Of a stretch of DNA of 64,000 bases, positions 33,133 to 43,252 are shown piece after piece. The position numbers were made by a program, and so were the translations under genes. Every line of letters begins with the position of its first letter. Positions within the stretch are counted from its first letter, which is position 1. The stretch is taken from assembly GCA_017437145.1 (NCBI GenBank), contig JAFSBT010000002.1:22855-86854 (forward strand). Direction: 5' to 3'. Origin of the DNA: Clostridia bacterium (GTDB lineage Bacteria > Bacillota > Clostridia > TANB77 > CAG-508). The notes below the pieces were generated by a model, which was not told the DNA's origin, made no database searches, and worked only from the letters and a program-made list of their open reading frames with translations.

Positions 33133-33930
33133 ATGGGAGAAGTAATAGTTATAACATCAGGAAAAGGTGGAGTTGGAAAAACTACTACAACTGCAAATTT
33201 AGGGTCAAGTCTTGCGGAAGCAGGGAAAAAGGTAGTATTAGTTGATACTGATATTGGACTTAGAAACCTTGATGTTGTTATGGGATTAGAAAATAGGATT
33301 GTTTACGATATAGTTGATGTAATTGAAGAAAAATGTAAATTAAGACAAGCATTAATTAAAGATAAAAGATTTGATGAACTTTTTCTACTTCCAGCAGCCC
33401 AAACAAGAGATAAATCAGCAATAAATGAAGAACAAATGAAAGAGTTAACAAAAAAATTAAAAGAAGAATTTGACTATATATTAATAGATTGTCCAGCAGG
33501 AATTGAACAAGGATTTAAAAATGCAATAGCTGGTGCAGATAGAGCAATTGTTGTAACAACAGCAGAAATATCTGCAATTAGAGATGCCGATAGAATAATA
33601 GGTTTACTAGAAAGTTCAGAAATAAAAAATCCTGAATTAATAGTTAACAGATTAAGACCTGCAATGGTAAAAAAAGGCGAAATGATGGATGTTGAAGATA
33701 TTGTGGATTTATTATCAATTGATTTAGTAGGTGTTGTTCCTGATGATGAATACATAATAACACAAACAAACAAAGGAGAGCCTGTAATAAAAAATAAAAA
33801 AGCACCTTCAGGGAAGGCTTATGTTGAAACAGCAAAAAGAATTTTAGGAGAAAATATAGAAGTAACAATCCCAGGAAGAGATTTGAGCTTTTGGGATAAA
33901 ATAAAAAACTTTTTTAAAATCAAAAAATAA
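33133..33930 (+). CDS. minD: septum site-determining ATPase MinD
   Basis: Deviant Walker A GKGGVGKTT, 265 aa, C-terminal amphipathic helix. Confidence 0.95.
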   Translation: MGEVIVITSGKGGVGKTTTTANLGSSLAEAGKKVVLVDTDIGLRNLDVVMGLENRIVYDIVDVIEEKCKLRQALIKDKRFDELFLLPAAQTRDKSAINEEQMKELTKKLKEEFDYILIDCPAGIEQGFKNAIAGADRAIVVTTAEISAIRDADRIIGLLESSEIKNPELIVNRLRPAMVKKGEMMDVEDIVDLLSIDLVGVVPDDEYIITQTNKGEPVIKNKKAPSGKAYVETAKRILGENIEVTIPGRDLSFWDKIKNFFKIKK

Positions 33931-33945
33931 TTTGGAGGAATAGAT

Positions 33946-34524
33946 ATGTTCGAGGCTATTGCTAATTTTTTTAAGAAACTAAAGAAATCTGAAAAACAAG
34001 AAAATACAAATAGTAAAAATACTGCAAAAGAAAGATTGCATTTAGTTTTGATGCAAGATAGAGCAAATGTTTCGGCAGATTTCTTAGAATTAATGAAGCA
34101 AGAAATAATTGAAGTCATAAAAAAGTATATAGAAGTTGAAGAAGAAGCAATAGATGTAAGATTAACCAACAAAGTTCAAGATGATGGAACAACAGGTTCA
34201 CCTTTTTTATATGCAAATATTCCAATTTTAAATATAAGAAATGATATGAAAAAAGACAATGTGGATGTAAAACCTGATGTGAATAAAGAAGATAAGAAAG
34301 TAAGTAATAAGCAGGAAAAAGCTAAAATTGAGGTTGAAGAAAAAAAAGAAGATATTAAAAAAGAACAAAAAATAGAAGAAGAAAAAAAAGAAGAAAAGAA
34401 TAAGGATAAAAAAGAAAAAACGGAAAACAATAATACAGAAGAGAATAAAGAAAAAGATGAAAAAAAAGTGCAGGAAGTAGAAAATAAAAAAGATGAAGCT
34501 GAAGATAAAGATAAAAAAGAATAG
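33946..34524 (+). CDS. minE: MinE with about 100-aa Lys/Glu-rich C-terminal extension
   Basis: N-terminal about 90 aa matches MinE; remainder low-complexity KE repeats. Confidence 0.8.
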   Translation: MFEAIANFFKKLKKSEKQENTNSKNTAKERLHLVLMQDRANVSADFLELMKQEIIEVIKKYIEVEEEAIDVRLTNKVQDDGTTGSPFLYANIPILNIRNDMKKDNVDVKPDVNKEDKKVSNKQEKAKIEVEEKKEDIKKEQKIEEEKKEEKNKDKKEKTENNNTEENKEKDEKKVQEVENKKDEAEDKDKKE

Positions 34525-34526
34525 TG

Positions 34527-34554
34527 AATGCGGAGAATTTAATCTCCGCATTTG
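34527..34554 (+). terminator. terminator after minE
   Basis: tgcggaga..tctccgca. Confidence 0.5.
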
Positions 34555-34594
34555 TTAGAATAAAAGAAAAATATTAATGTAATAAAGGAATGCC

Positions 34595-35696
34595 ATGAAT
34601 AAAAAAATATTTAATAAAACACAATGGGAAATATTAATATGTACAGTATTACTTACTATAATAGGGTTTATAGGATTATTTAGTACTAGTAAAAATTCTG
34701 GATATGAAGAATTTACTAAACAATTAATATGGTTTGTAATAAGTGTAATAATAATGATTATATTTATAAAAGTAGATTATAATACTCTAGCAAAAATTTC
34801 GCCATATTTGTATGGAACAGCAATATTAATGCTTATAGGGGTATTGTTTACAAGTGCTATAAACGGTGCTAAGAGTTGGTTCGCAATTGGTTCTTTTTCT
34901 TTTCAACCAGGAGAATTTTCTAAGGTATTTGTTATTCTATTTTTGAGTTATAGTGTTACCCGAATATGCAAACATAGAGATGATATAAATAAACCTTTAA
35001 ATTTATTAAAAATATTAGCTATAGGATTATTTCCAGTTTTTCTTATTGCTTTAGAACCTGATTTAGGAACTGCTATTGCTTATGTTGTGGCACTTGTTTT
35101 AATATTATTTGTATCAGGAATAAATAAAAAATATATAATATCTGCTATATTATTAATAATAATTATAATACCAATTTTATACTTTTTCTTATTACCAGAA
35201 CATGCAGTAAATAGAATAAATGTATATTTAAATCCTAATTTAGATCCAAGAGGAATAGGATATAATATTATACAATCAAAAATTGCAGTTGGTGCAGGAA
35301 AATTATTTGGAATGGGATTTGGAAATGGTACTCAAACTCAGTTAGGATATCTATATCCTAAAACAACAGATTTTATATTTTCTGCAATAGGAGAAGAATT
35401 TGGTTTTTTTGTTTGCGGCATAATAGTTGCTTTATATGTAATGTTACTTACAAAAGCAATAGGAGTTGCTAAAAATTCTCAAGATGATTTAGGAGGTTTT
35501 ATTGCTATTGGTATAGTGCGGAATACTATTATTTCATGTAATTGAGAATATAGGAATGACAATAGGTTTATTGCCTATAACGGGTATACCATTACCTTTT
35601 ATAAGTTATGGTGGAAGTTCATTAATGACAAATTATATATTAATAGGATTATTATTAAACATTAGTAAAAGAAGCAATAAAAATATATTTGTATAA
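34595..35696 (+). CDS. rodA: FtsW/RodA/SpoVE-family peptidoglycan polymerase, requires +1 at in-frame CGG 35519
   Basis: Skipping C35519 yields [37 protein letters not shown] conserved SEDS C-terminus; position after minDE as in clostridia. Confidence 0.75.
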
Positions 35697-35720
35697 ACAA
35701 ATATATTTTTATTACAGATT

Positions 35721-35800
35721 TGTAGGGACGACCATCGATTAGCTGTGCGAAATGCAATGAGCTACAGATAATACATGCCCTTGGGGTATTGGTCGTCCGT
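35721..35800. repeat. TGTAGGGG-family element, long composite form
   Basis: About 97% identical to 11004-11083. Confidence 0.75.
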
Positions 35801-35849
35801 AAAATTTAATTTATAAAAAATAATATTACCAACAAAATTTGGAGGAGAA

Positions 35850-36809
35850 ATGATACAAAAATTAAGAATAGGAAATGTAGAACTAGAAAATAACATATTA
35901 TTAGCACCAATGGCAGGAGTAACAGATAAATCATTTAGGATAATAAGCAGAAAATATAGTAATCCAGGCTTAGTTTACACAGAAATGGCAAGTAGTAAAG
36001 CTATATTTTATAGAGATATAAAAACTCAAAAATTACTTGATATAGAAGGCGAAAAGAGACCAATTGCAATACAATTATTTGGAAGCGACCCATCTATTAT
36101 GGCAGAAAGCAGCAAGGAAATCGAAAAGATGGCAGATATAATAGACATAAATATGGGATGTCCTGCTCCAAAGATTGTAAAAAATGGGGATGGAAGCAAA
36201 TTACTCTTAAATCCAGAATTAATAAGAGAAATCATAAAATCAGTAGTAGCATCAGTAAATAAACCAGTTACAGTAAAAATAAGGAAAGGCTGGGACAAAA
36301 ATAATATTGTTGCTACAGAAGTAGCTCAAATAGCTGAAAAAGCAGGAGCAGCTGCTTTAACAATACATGGAAGAACAAGAGAAGAATATTATAGCGGGAG
36401 TGTAGATTTAGATATTATAAAAAAAGTGAAGGAAAAAGTTAAAATACCAGTAATAGGTAATGGAGATGTAAAATCTATACAAGATGCTAAGAAAATGTTT
36501 GAATATACAGGTGTAGATGGAATAATGATAGGAAGAGGAGCTTTAGGAAATCCATGGCTTATAGGAGAAATAATAAGTGGGCAAGAAACAAATATTTTAA
36601 ATGAAGAAAAATTAAATTGTATAAAAGAACATTTGAATCTAGAAATTATAGAAAAAGGAGAATACGTAGGTATTCGAGAATTTAGAAAACATTTATGTTG
36701 GTATCTAAAAAATATGAAAGAATCAAGCAAAATAAGAGCAAAAGTAAATACAATAGAAAATGTAAATGAATTAATTCAAATATTAGAAGAATATTTTTCA
36801 AACATATAA
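35850..36809 (+). CDS. dusB: tRNA-dihydrouridine synthase
   Basis: 319 aa, MAGVTD..INMGCPAPK..HGRTRE motifs. Confidence 0.9.
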   Translation: MIQKLRIGNVELENNILLAPMAGVTDKSFRIISRKYSNPGLVYTEMASSKAIFYRDIKTQKLLDIEGEKRPIAIQLFGSDPSIMAESSKEIEKMADIIDINMGCPAPKIVKNGDGSKLLLNPELIREIIKSVVASVNKPVTVKIRKGWDKNNIVATEVAQIAEKAGAAALTIHGRTREEYYSGSVDLDIIKKVKEKVKIPVIGNGDVKSIQDAKKMFEYTGVDGIMIGRGALGNPWLIGEIISGQETNILNEEKLNCIKEHLNLEIIEKGEYVGIREFRKHLCWYLKNMKESSKIRAKVNTIENVNELIQILEEYFSNI

Positions 36810-36810
36810 G

Positions 36811-36856
36811 TGTAGGGGTAGACGCCTACGGCTGCCCATGTGACCCTGTAGGGTCA
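36811..36856. repeat. TGTAGGGG-family variant with TIR
   Basis: tgtaggggtagacgcctacggctgccc...ccctgtagggtca. Confidence 0.6.
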
Positions 36857-37050
36857 TTTTTTTGTAATTAAATTATAAAAAAAATTATAAAACATATAAA
36901 ACCGGGAACAATATAAGTAATGAATTCCTTAATATATATTTAAACAAAAGAATGACAGTTTACATATTATATAAAGAGATAGATTAATGATTTGATATAA
37001 AGATTAAAATATATATTAAAATTCTAAACATACAAACAGGAGTGAAGAAT

Positions 37051-37401
37051 ATGGTAATAAAAAGAGGAGATATGTTTTACGCGGATTTAAGTCCAGTTAT
37101 AGGTTCAGAACAAGGAGGAATAAGACCAGTATTAGTAATACAAAATGATACAGGAAATAAATATAGTCCAACAGTAATTGTTTCAGCAATAACATCACAG
37201 TTAGGAAAAAATAAATTACCAACACATATAGAATTAGATTCAGAAGAATTTGGATTAAAATCAGATTCAGTAGTATTAGCAGAACAAATAAGAACAATAG
37301 ATAAAAGTAGACTAAAGGAAAAAATTGGACATATAGATGATAATAAAATAATGAACAGAATAAATGGAGCTTTAGGAGTAAGTTTCGGCTTAGATAGATA
37401 G
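37051..37401 (+). CDS. mazF: MazF/EndoA-family endoribonuclease toxin
   Basis: [33 protein letters not shown] typical MazF; no upstream mazE ORF. Confidence 0.85.
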   Translation: MVIKRGDMFYADLSPVIGSEQGGIRPVLVIQNDTGNKYSPTVIVSAITSQLGKNKLPTHIELDSEEFGLKSDSVVLAEQIRTIDKSRLKEKIGHIDDNKIMNRINGALGVSFGLDR

Positions 37402-37410
37402 GGAGGAATA

Positions 37411-37438
37411 AAAAAATCCGCTGAAAGCGGATTTTTTA
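37411..37438. terminator. bidirectional terminator between mazF(+) and SPFH(-)
   Basis: aaaaaatccgc-tgaaa-gcggatttttt. Confidence 0.75.
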
Positions 37439-38341
37439 TTATTTTTTGTCATCTTTCATTATCTCTTTAATTGCACCTAAACTACTTAAAGTTTGTGTTG
37501 CTTCAAATGGAATGAAAACTTTATTTGCTTCTCCATGAGCAATTTCAGTAAGAGCTTCTAATGATTTTAATTGAATTAGTTTTTCATCAGGGTCAGCTTT
37601 CTTAATAGTTTCATAAATCATTTGGATTTCTTTTGCTTTAGCTATTGCTACTTCTTTTATAGCTTCAGCTTCACCGGCTGCACGTCTTATTCTAGCTTCT
37701 TTATCAGCTTCAGCTTGTAATATAGCAGCTTCTTTTTGTCCTTCAGCTATTGTAATAGCTGCTTGTTTTTCTCCTTCTGCTTGAAGAATAGCAGCTCTTT
37801 TATTTCTTTCTGCATTCATTTGTTTTTCCATTGCATCACGGATATCAACAGGTGGATTAATGTCTTTAATTTCTACACGATTAACTTTACAACCCCATTT
37901 ATCTGTTGCTTCATCTAATAAAATTCTTAATTGATTATTTATTACATCTCTTGAACTAAATGTTGAATCTAAGCTCATTTTACCAACTATATCACGAATA
38001 GTTGTAATTGCTAAATATTCAATACCTTTTCTTAAAGATTGAATTTCATAAACTGCTTTTGCAGGGTCTGTTATTTGATAAAATACAACTGTGTCAATTG
38101 TAATTGTAACATTATCTTCTGTAATAACTCCTTGAGGTGGAATATCCATTGTTTGTTCTTTTAAGCTTACTACGCTTCTTACATGGTCAAAGAAGGGAAT
38201 AATTATTGTAAGACCAGCATCTGCAATTTTGTGAAATTTACCAAGTCTTTCAATAATATAAACTTCAGCTTGTTTAACAATTTTGATTGATGAAAATGCT
38301 ATTATTAAAATAATAGCAAGTAAAACGATTAAAAATATCAT
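37439..38341 (-). CDS. SPFH/band-7 (stomatin/flotillin-like) protein
   Basis: 300 aa, N-terminal TM, SPFH core, coiled-coil AEAEK repeats. Confidence 0.85.
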   Translation of the reverse strand: MIFLIVLLAIILIIAFSSIKIVKQAEVYIIERLGKFHKIADAGLTIIIPFFDHVRSVVSLKEQTMDIPPQGVITEDNVTITIDTVVFYQITDPAKAVYEIQSLRKGIEYLAITTIRDIVGKMSLDSTFSSRDVINNQLRILLDEATDKWGCKVNRVEIKDINPPVDIRDAMEKQMNAERNKRAAILQAEGEKQAAITIAEGQKEAAILQAEADKEARIRRAAGEAEAIKEVAIAKAKEIQMIYETIKKADPDEKLIQLKSLEALTEIAHGEANKVFIPFEATQTLSSLGAIKEIMKDDKK

Positions 38342-38367
38342 TTTTTACCTCCTAAAAAATATATAAT

Positions 38368-38802
38368 TTAAATTAATTCTTGAACTACGGCCTTTACACC
38401 ATCTATATTCAAGACTTTAACTTCTGTACCAACAGGAATAATTTTTTCATTTTCGCTTTTAGCAGACCAAATTTCGCCATTTACTTTTATTTGTCCAGTT
38501 GCCTCAGTAGGATTAATTTCAATAGTAACAATTCCTTTTTTTTCAATAATTGAATAAGCATTTGTTTTTACTGTTTTAGAATTAATATATTTATTGACTA
38601 AAGGTTTTGTTAATGGTATAAGTGCTGCAGATGAAATTACAAATACTATACATTGTATTGCAAGGTCATCTGTAATAAAACTTGTGAGCATTGCTAAAAG
38701 TGCTCCTATTCCAAGCCAAAATATTAAAAAACCGGAAGTGAAAATTTCAAATATAAAAAATATTCCAGTAGCAATTAGCCAAATATACCACATAATGTTC
38801 AC
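38368..38802 (-). CDS. NfeD-family membrane protein
   Basis: 144 aa, 2 TM plus OB-fold-like C-terminus, immediately upstream partner of SPFH gene. Confidence 0.75.
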   Translation of the reverse strand: MNIMWYIWLIATGIFFIFEIFTSGFLIFWLGIGALLAMLTSFITDDLAIQCIVFVISSAALIPLTKPLVNKYINSKTVKTNAYSIIEKKGIVTIEINPTEATGQIKVNGEIWSAKSENEKIIPVGTEVKVLNIDGVKAVVQELI

Positions 38803-38908
38803 CTTCCTATCTAATTTACTTCAATATTATACTATAAAGAAAGAAAAAAATAAATAATAAAATGAAAAAATCATAACAAAATTGTTATGATTTAAAAATA
38901 TAAAATAT

Positions 38909-39406
38909 TTATGGTAAGAAAAATTGTTTCAAGAAAGGAACGTTCCAAAAGATGAAGACAATCATTGAAACAAAAATTATTGTTAATAATATAGCTACTA
39001 AATCTCTATTACGTTCAAGTTTATCTTTTTTTGTTTCATTATATATTGTTTGTCCTATAGCAGATATATATTTTTTTAAATTAATTTTATTGTTTGAATC
39101 AGAATTTTCAGTCTTTGCAAGAATAGATTTTTTATTTTCAGGATTCTTTTTAGCTGAAGAATTTGAATAATTATAATAGTCTTTATTATAAAGTTTAAGT
39201 TTTAAATCGTAATCAGTTTTTGCATTTTTATCAGAAAGAACATTATAAGCTTCAGTTATATCTTTAATTTTATTTTCAAAAAAGTAAGAATCTTTATTTG
39301 TTTGTAAATCAGGATGATATTTTTTTATTAATGCTCTATAAGCTTTTTCAATAACTTCAGGGGAAGCATTTTGACTTACTTCTAATATTTCATAATAATT
39401 TTTCAT
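38909..39406 (-). CDS. J-domain (DnaJ-like) membrane protein
   Basis: [10 protein letters not shown]...KKYHPD J-domain, C-terminal TM. Confidence 0.7.
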   Translation of the reverse strand: MKNYYEILEVSQNASPEVIEKAYRALIKKYHPDLQTNKDSYFFENKIKDITEAYNVLSDKNAKTDYDLKLKLYNKDYYNYSNSSAKKNPENKKSILAKTENSDSNNKINLKKYISAIGQTIYNETKKDKLERNRDLVAILLTIIFVSMIVFIFWNVPFLKQFFLP

Positions 39407-39429
39407 ATTTTATCACATGTCCTTTCTTA

Positions 39430-40056
39430 CTAATTTAAGAAAAAGAATAATTCTTTTAAATAGCTTCTAAGAGATGGAATTTGCCAACATATATAAGCAA
39501 TTACGAAAATTATAATAGCTGTTAAAACTAATGAAATAAATCCTTTACAATAATCCTTAAACGTTTTTTTATATCTAATTTTATAGCCTAAATTTTTAAG
39601 TGTATTTATATATGCATCATTATAGGCTTGATTTACAGCATCATTATATGATTGATTAACTGCATCATTGTATGTCTGATTTACTGTTTGGTTGTAATTT
39701 TTTTGTGGTTCAACATTAGCTTGATTTTTTAAATTAGAGCTATATTGTTGTAAATAATTAATTTTGTTTTCAAGTTCAATACAATAATTTTTTAAATTTT
39801 CATAATCTTCATAATTAACAGAAGGCATTTGAGAATCTTTAAACTCTTTTAATTCTATATCATAAGACGCTCTTTTTTCAGAATTTGAAAGTATTTCATA
39901 AGCTTCTGAAATTTCTTTGAATTTAGCTTCAGCAAATTCTTTATTATCAGGATTTGTATCTGGATGATATTTTTTTGCTAAAAATTTATATACTTTACTA
40001 ATAGTTTCTTCTGAAGCAGTTTCATTTACTTCTAGAATTTCATAATAATTTTTCAT
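39430..40056 (-). CDS. J-domain (DnaJ-like) membrane protein, paralogue
   Basis: Same N-terminal J-domain, Asn/Gln-rich repeat linker, C-terminal TM. Confidence 0.7.
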   Translation of the reverse strand: MKNYYEILEVNETASEETISKVYKFLAKKYHPDTNPDNKEFAEAKFKEISEAYEILSNSEKRASYDIELKEFKDSQMPSVNYEDYENLKNYCIELENKINYLQQYSSNLKNQANVEPQKNYNQTVNQTYNDAVNQSYNDAVNQAYNDAYINTLKNLGYKIRYKKTFKDYCKGFISLVLTAIIIFVIAYICWQIPSLRSYLKELFFFLN

Positions 40057-40173
40057 AAAATTAATTCCTTTTTTTAATATTAAAATAATAATAACATATA
40101 ATGAAAAAAATGTAAAATTAAATAAGAAAATATGCAGAAAAATTTAATTTATATAATTTAATAAATTTGATTA

Positions 40174-40235
40174 TGTAGGGGAGAACTTTGTTCTCCCGTT
40201 TCTTCGAAGGAGGGCGAACAAAGTTCGCCCCTACA
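40174..40235. repeat. TGTAGGGG-family element, full dimeric copy
   Basis: tgtaggggagaactttgttctccc-gtttcttcgaagga-gggcgaacaaagttcgcccctaca; TIR TGTAGGGG/CCCCTACA. Confidence 0.8.
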
Positions 40236-40344
40236 ATATATAATAAAGAAATTTTTTTAAGTACTTGCTACTTTTTTTAATTTAGTGTAATATAATACAG
40301 TATCGAATGAAAGTAAAAAAGTAAACGAAGCTAAAGAAAGGAGA

Positions 40345-40520
40345 AGAGTAAATTTATAGCGCCAGAACAATAATAAATTTATTGTTGACGAGGATTAGAA
40401 CTTATCGAAATTTCGGCGGATGGTTCTATGGCAATAAAGTATGCCATTAGTATTACACAAAAACTAATAGCAATATTAGAACAAAAGTAATATATACTTT
40501 GGATTTACTAATTTATACTT
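40345..40520 (+). ncRNA. glmS ribozyme: glmS ribozyme/riboswitch
   Basis: Core AGCGCCAGAAC...GACGAGG...UUAUCGAAAUUUCGGCGGAUGG matches glmS ribozyme consensus; lies in glmS 5' leader. Confidence 0.8.
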
Positions 40521-40556
40521 TCAATTCCAGTAAATAATTTAGGAGGTATTTAAACT

Positions 40557-42380
40557 ATGTGTGGAATTGTAGGTTACATAGGAAACAAAAAAGCAAGTCC
40601 AATATTAATAAATGGACTTTTAAGATTAGAATATAGAGGATATGATTCAGCAGGAATTGCAACTGTAGAAGAAGAAAAAATTTCAGTAATGAAAAATAAG
40701 GGAAGAGTAAATAATTTAAATGACTTAGAAGGAATTAACAACTTGAAAGGAACTATAGGAATTGCTCATACAAGATGGGCAACACATGGAAAACCATCAA
40801 AAGAAAATTCTCATCCTCATATGGATAATAGCAATTCTTTTGCTGTAGTTCATAATGGTATTATAGAAAACTATCAAGAACTAAGAAAAAAATTAACTGA
40901 CAAAGGATATGAATTTTTATCAGAAACAGATACAGAAGTTATACCAAATTTAATACATTATTATTATAAAAAAGAAAATGATGTTCTAAAAGCAATATCA
41001 AGAGCATGTAAAAAGTTAAAAGGAAGTTATGCAATAGAAGTTTTATCAAAATATGAACCAGATAAAATGATTATTGCAAGAAAAGATAGTCCATTAGTAG
41101 TAGGAAAAGGAAACGGAGAAAATTATATAGCTTCAGATATTCCAGCTATTTTATCATATACAAAAGATTTTTACTTTTTAGATGATAATGAAATTGTAGA
41201 ATTAACAAGAGATAGTATAACATTTTACAATCAAGAATTAGAACAAATAAGAAAAAGAGTAAAAGTTATTGATTGGGGTGCAGCAGCTGCTGAAAAAGAT
41301 GGTTATGATGATTTCATGCTAAAAGAAATTCATGAACAACCAAATGCTATTAGAGAAACAATTGGTGCAAAATTAGATAATGGTAAAATTGAATTAGAGG
41401 ATTTGAATTTCTCAAAAGAGTATTTAGAAAGTTTAAATAAAATATATATAGTAGCATGTGGTACAGCTATGCATGCAGGGTTAGTTGCAAAAACAATAAT
41501 TGAAAAATTGTGTAAAATACCTACAGAGGTAGATATTGCGTCTGAATTTAGATATAGAGAACCATTAATAGATGAAAAAACATTGGCAATATATATTAGT
41601 CAATCTGGAGAAACAGCTGACACAATCGCAGCCTTAAAACTTGCAAAATCAAAAGGCGCTAAAACTATAGCGATTTCAAATGTAATAGGAAGCTCAATAA
41701 CAAGAGAAGCAGATTATTCAATTTACACTCATGCTGGACCAGAAATTGCGGTAGCTTCTACAAAAGCATATACATCTCAAGTTGTATTATTAAGTGTGTT
41801 AGCAATATATTTTGCAGAAGTATTAGAGTCTTCAGAGGATAAATTAATTAATAAATTGAAAAAAGCTATATTAGAATTGCCTGCACAAGTTGAAGAAATT
41901 TTAAAGGATGTTTCATCTATAAAAAGGTTTGCAAAAAAAATATATAAAGAAACAGATATGTTCTTCTTAGGAAGAGGAACTGATTATGCTGTAGCTTTAG
42001 AAGGTTCATTAAAATTAAAAGAAATTTCATATATCCATTCTGAAAGCTATGCAGCAGGTGAATTAAAACATGGACCAATTGCTTTAATTGAAAATGGAAT
42101 AACAGTAGTTTCAATTATAACAAATAAAGATTTAATGGATAAATCACTTAGCAACATACAAGAAGTAATAACACGTGGGGCAAAAATAATGATGGTTACA
42201 AATCAAGAAATGGATAATAAAAATTTTGATTGCATAATAAATATACCAAAAACAAATCCATTAATATCACCAATACTATCTGTAGTTCCACTTCAGGTAT
42301 TAGCATATTATATATCTAAGGAAAAAGGGCTAGATGTTGACAAACCAAGAAATCTAGCAAAATCAGTAACAGTAGAATAA
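40557..42380 (+). CDS. glmS: glutamine--fructose-6-phosphate aminotransferase
   Basis: 607 aa, N-terminal MCGIVGY, two SIS domains, C-terminal SVTVE. Confidence 0.95.
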   Translation: MCGIVGYIGNKKASPILINGLLRLEYRGYDSAGIATVEEEKISVMKNKGRVNNLNDLEGINNLKGTIGIAHTRWATHGKPSKENSHPHMDNSNSFAVVHNGIIENYQELRKKLTDKGYEFLSETDTEVIPNLIHYYYKKENDVLKAISRACKKLKGSYAIEVLSKYEPDKMIIARKDSPLVVGKGNGENYIASDIPAILSYTKDFYFLDDNEIVELTRDSITFYNQELEQIRKRVKVIDWGAAAAEKDGYDDFMLKEIHEQPNAIRETIGAKLDNGKIELEDLNFSKEYLESLNKIYIVACGTAMHAGLVAKTIIEKLCKIPTEVDIASEFRYREPLIDEKTLAIYISQSGETADTIAALKLAKSKGAKTIAISNVIGSSITREADYSIYTHAGPEIAVASTKAYTSQVVLLSVLAIYFAEVLESSEDKLINKLKKAILELPAQVEEILKDVSSIKRFAKKIYKETDMFFLGRGTDYAVALEGSLKLKEISYIHSESYAAGELKHGPIALIENGITVVSIITNKDLMDKSLSNIQEVITRGAKIMMVTNQEMDNKNFDCIINIPKTNPLISPILSVVPLQVLAYYISKEKGLDVDKPRNLAKSVTVE

Positions 42381-42397
42381 ATTAATATATAAGAAAA

Positions 42398-42433
42398 AAT
42401 GCACTTAAGGTATAAGTCTTAAGTGCTTTTTTA
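42398..42433 (+). terminator. terminator after glmS
   Basis: gcacttaag-gtataagt-cttaagtgc + T6. Confidence 0.7.
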
Positions 42434-42436
42434 GTA

Positions 42437-42462
42437 TGTAGGGGCGGGCCCCGTGTCCGCCC
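42437..42462. repeat. TGTAGGGG-family element (half copy)
   Basis: tgtaggggcgggccccgtgtccgccc. Confidence 0.7.
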
Positions 42463-42568
42463 TTTTGTTAATAATTAATCTCATAATAAAATTTAATTAG
42501 GGTATTGCAAAATAAATTTAATATGATAAAATAAAAAACAGAAAATTTGTTTGCAAGGAGAAGTGAAA

Positions 42569-43168
42569 ATGTTTGCATATATAAAAGGAAATTTAGAACA
42601 AAAAACAAATAACTTTGTTGTAATAGATGTAGGTGGAATAGGATATAGAATATTTATGTCGTCAAAAGCAATTGAAAATGTAGGAGGCTTAGGGGAGAAA
42701 GTTAAAGTATATACACATTATTATGTAAGAGAAGATAACATTAGTTTATATGGATTTAATTCAAATGAGGAATTAAGAATGTTTGAATTATTAATATCTG
42801 TTAGTGGAATAGGAGCAAAATCTGCAATTGCAATGCTTTCTGAAATAAGTCCATCAAGTTTTGCCTTAGCTGTTATTTCTGATGATATTTCAAAATTAGT
42901 TAAAGTACCAGGAATAGGAAAGAAAACAGCAGCAAGAATAGTGTTGGAGTTAAAGGATAAATTAAAAACAGAAGAAGCAATAGAACAAACAGAAGAATTA
43001 GTTTGTGCAATTGATGATAGCAGTAAAGAATGTGAAGCACTTGCAGCACTTCAAGTTTTAGGATATACAAGAAAAGAAATAGAAAATGTACTTCACAAAA
43101 TAGATGTCAAAAATTTAGAATTAGAAGAAATAATAAAACAAGCATTAAAGTTCTTGTCAAGGAATTAG
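42569..43168 (+). CDS. ruvA: Holliday junction helicase subunit RuvA
   Basis: MFAYIKG...GVGYRI, HhH motifs; start at ATG after AAGGAGAAG RBS. Confidence 0.9.
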   Translation: MFAYIKGNLEQKTNNFVVIDVGGIGYRIFMSSKAIENVGGLGEKVKVYTHYYVREDNISLYGFNSNEELRMFELLISVSGIGAKSAIAMLSEISPSSFALAVISDDISKLVKVPGIGKKTAARIVLELKDKLKTEEAIEQTEELVCAIDDSSKECEALAALQVLGYTRKEIENVLHKIDVKNLELEEIIKQALKFLSRN

Positions 43169-43191
43169 AGATAAAAATATATTGCAAACGT

Positions 43192-43229
43192 TGTAGGGGG
43201 GCGGTCTTGACCGACCCAGGACAGGTCAA
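43192..43229. repeat. TGTAGGGG-family element (truncated copy of 29143 type)
   Basis: tgtagggggggcggtcttgaccgacccaggacaggtcaa. Confidence 0.65.
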
Positions 43230-43252
43230 ATATATAAATAAAGGAGAAAAAT

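Noticed and set aside
34176-34551. Poly-Phe/Ser minus-strand ORFs opposite the minE tail
   Set aside because: These are reverse complements of AAG/GAA repeats and not credible proteins.
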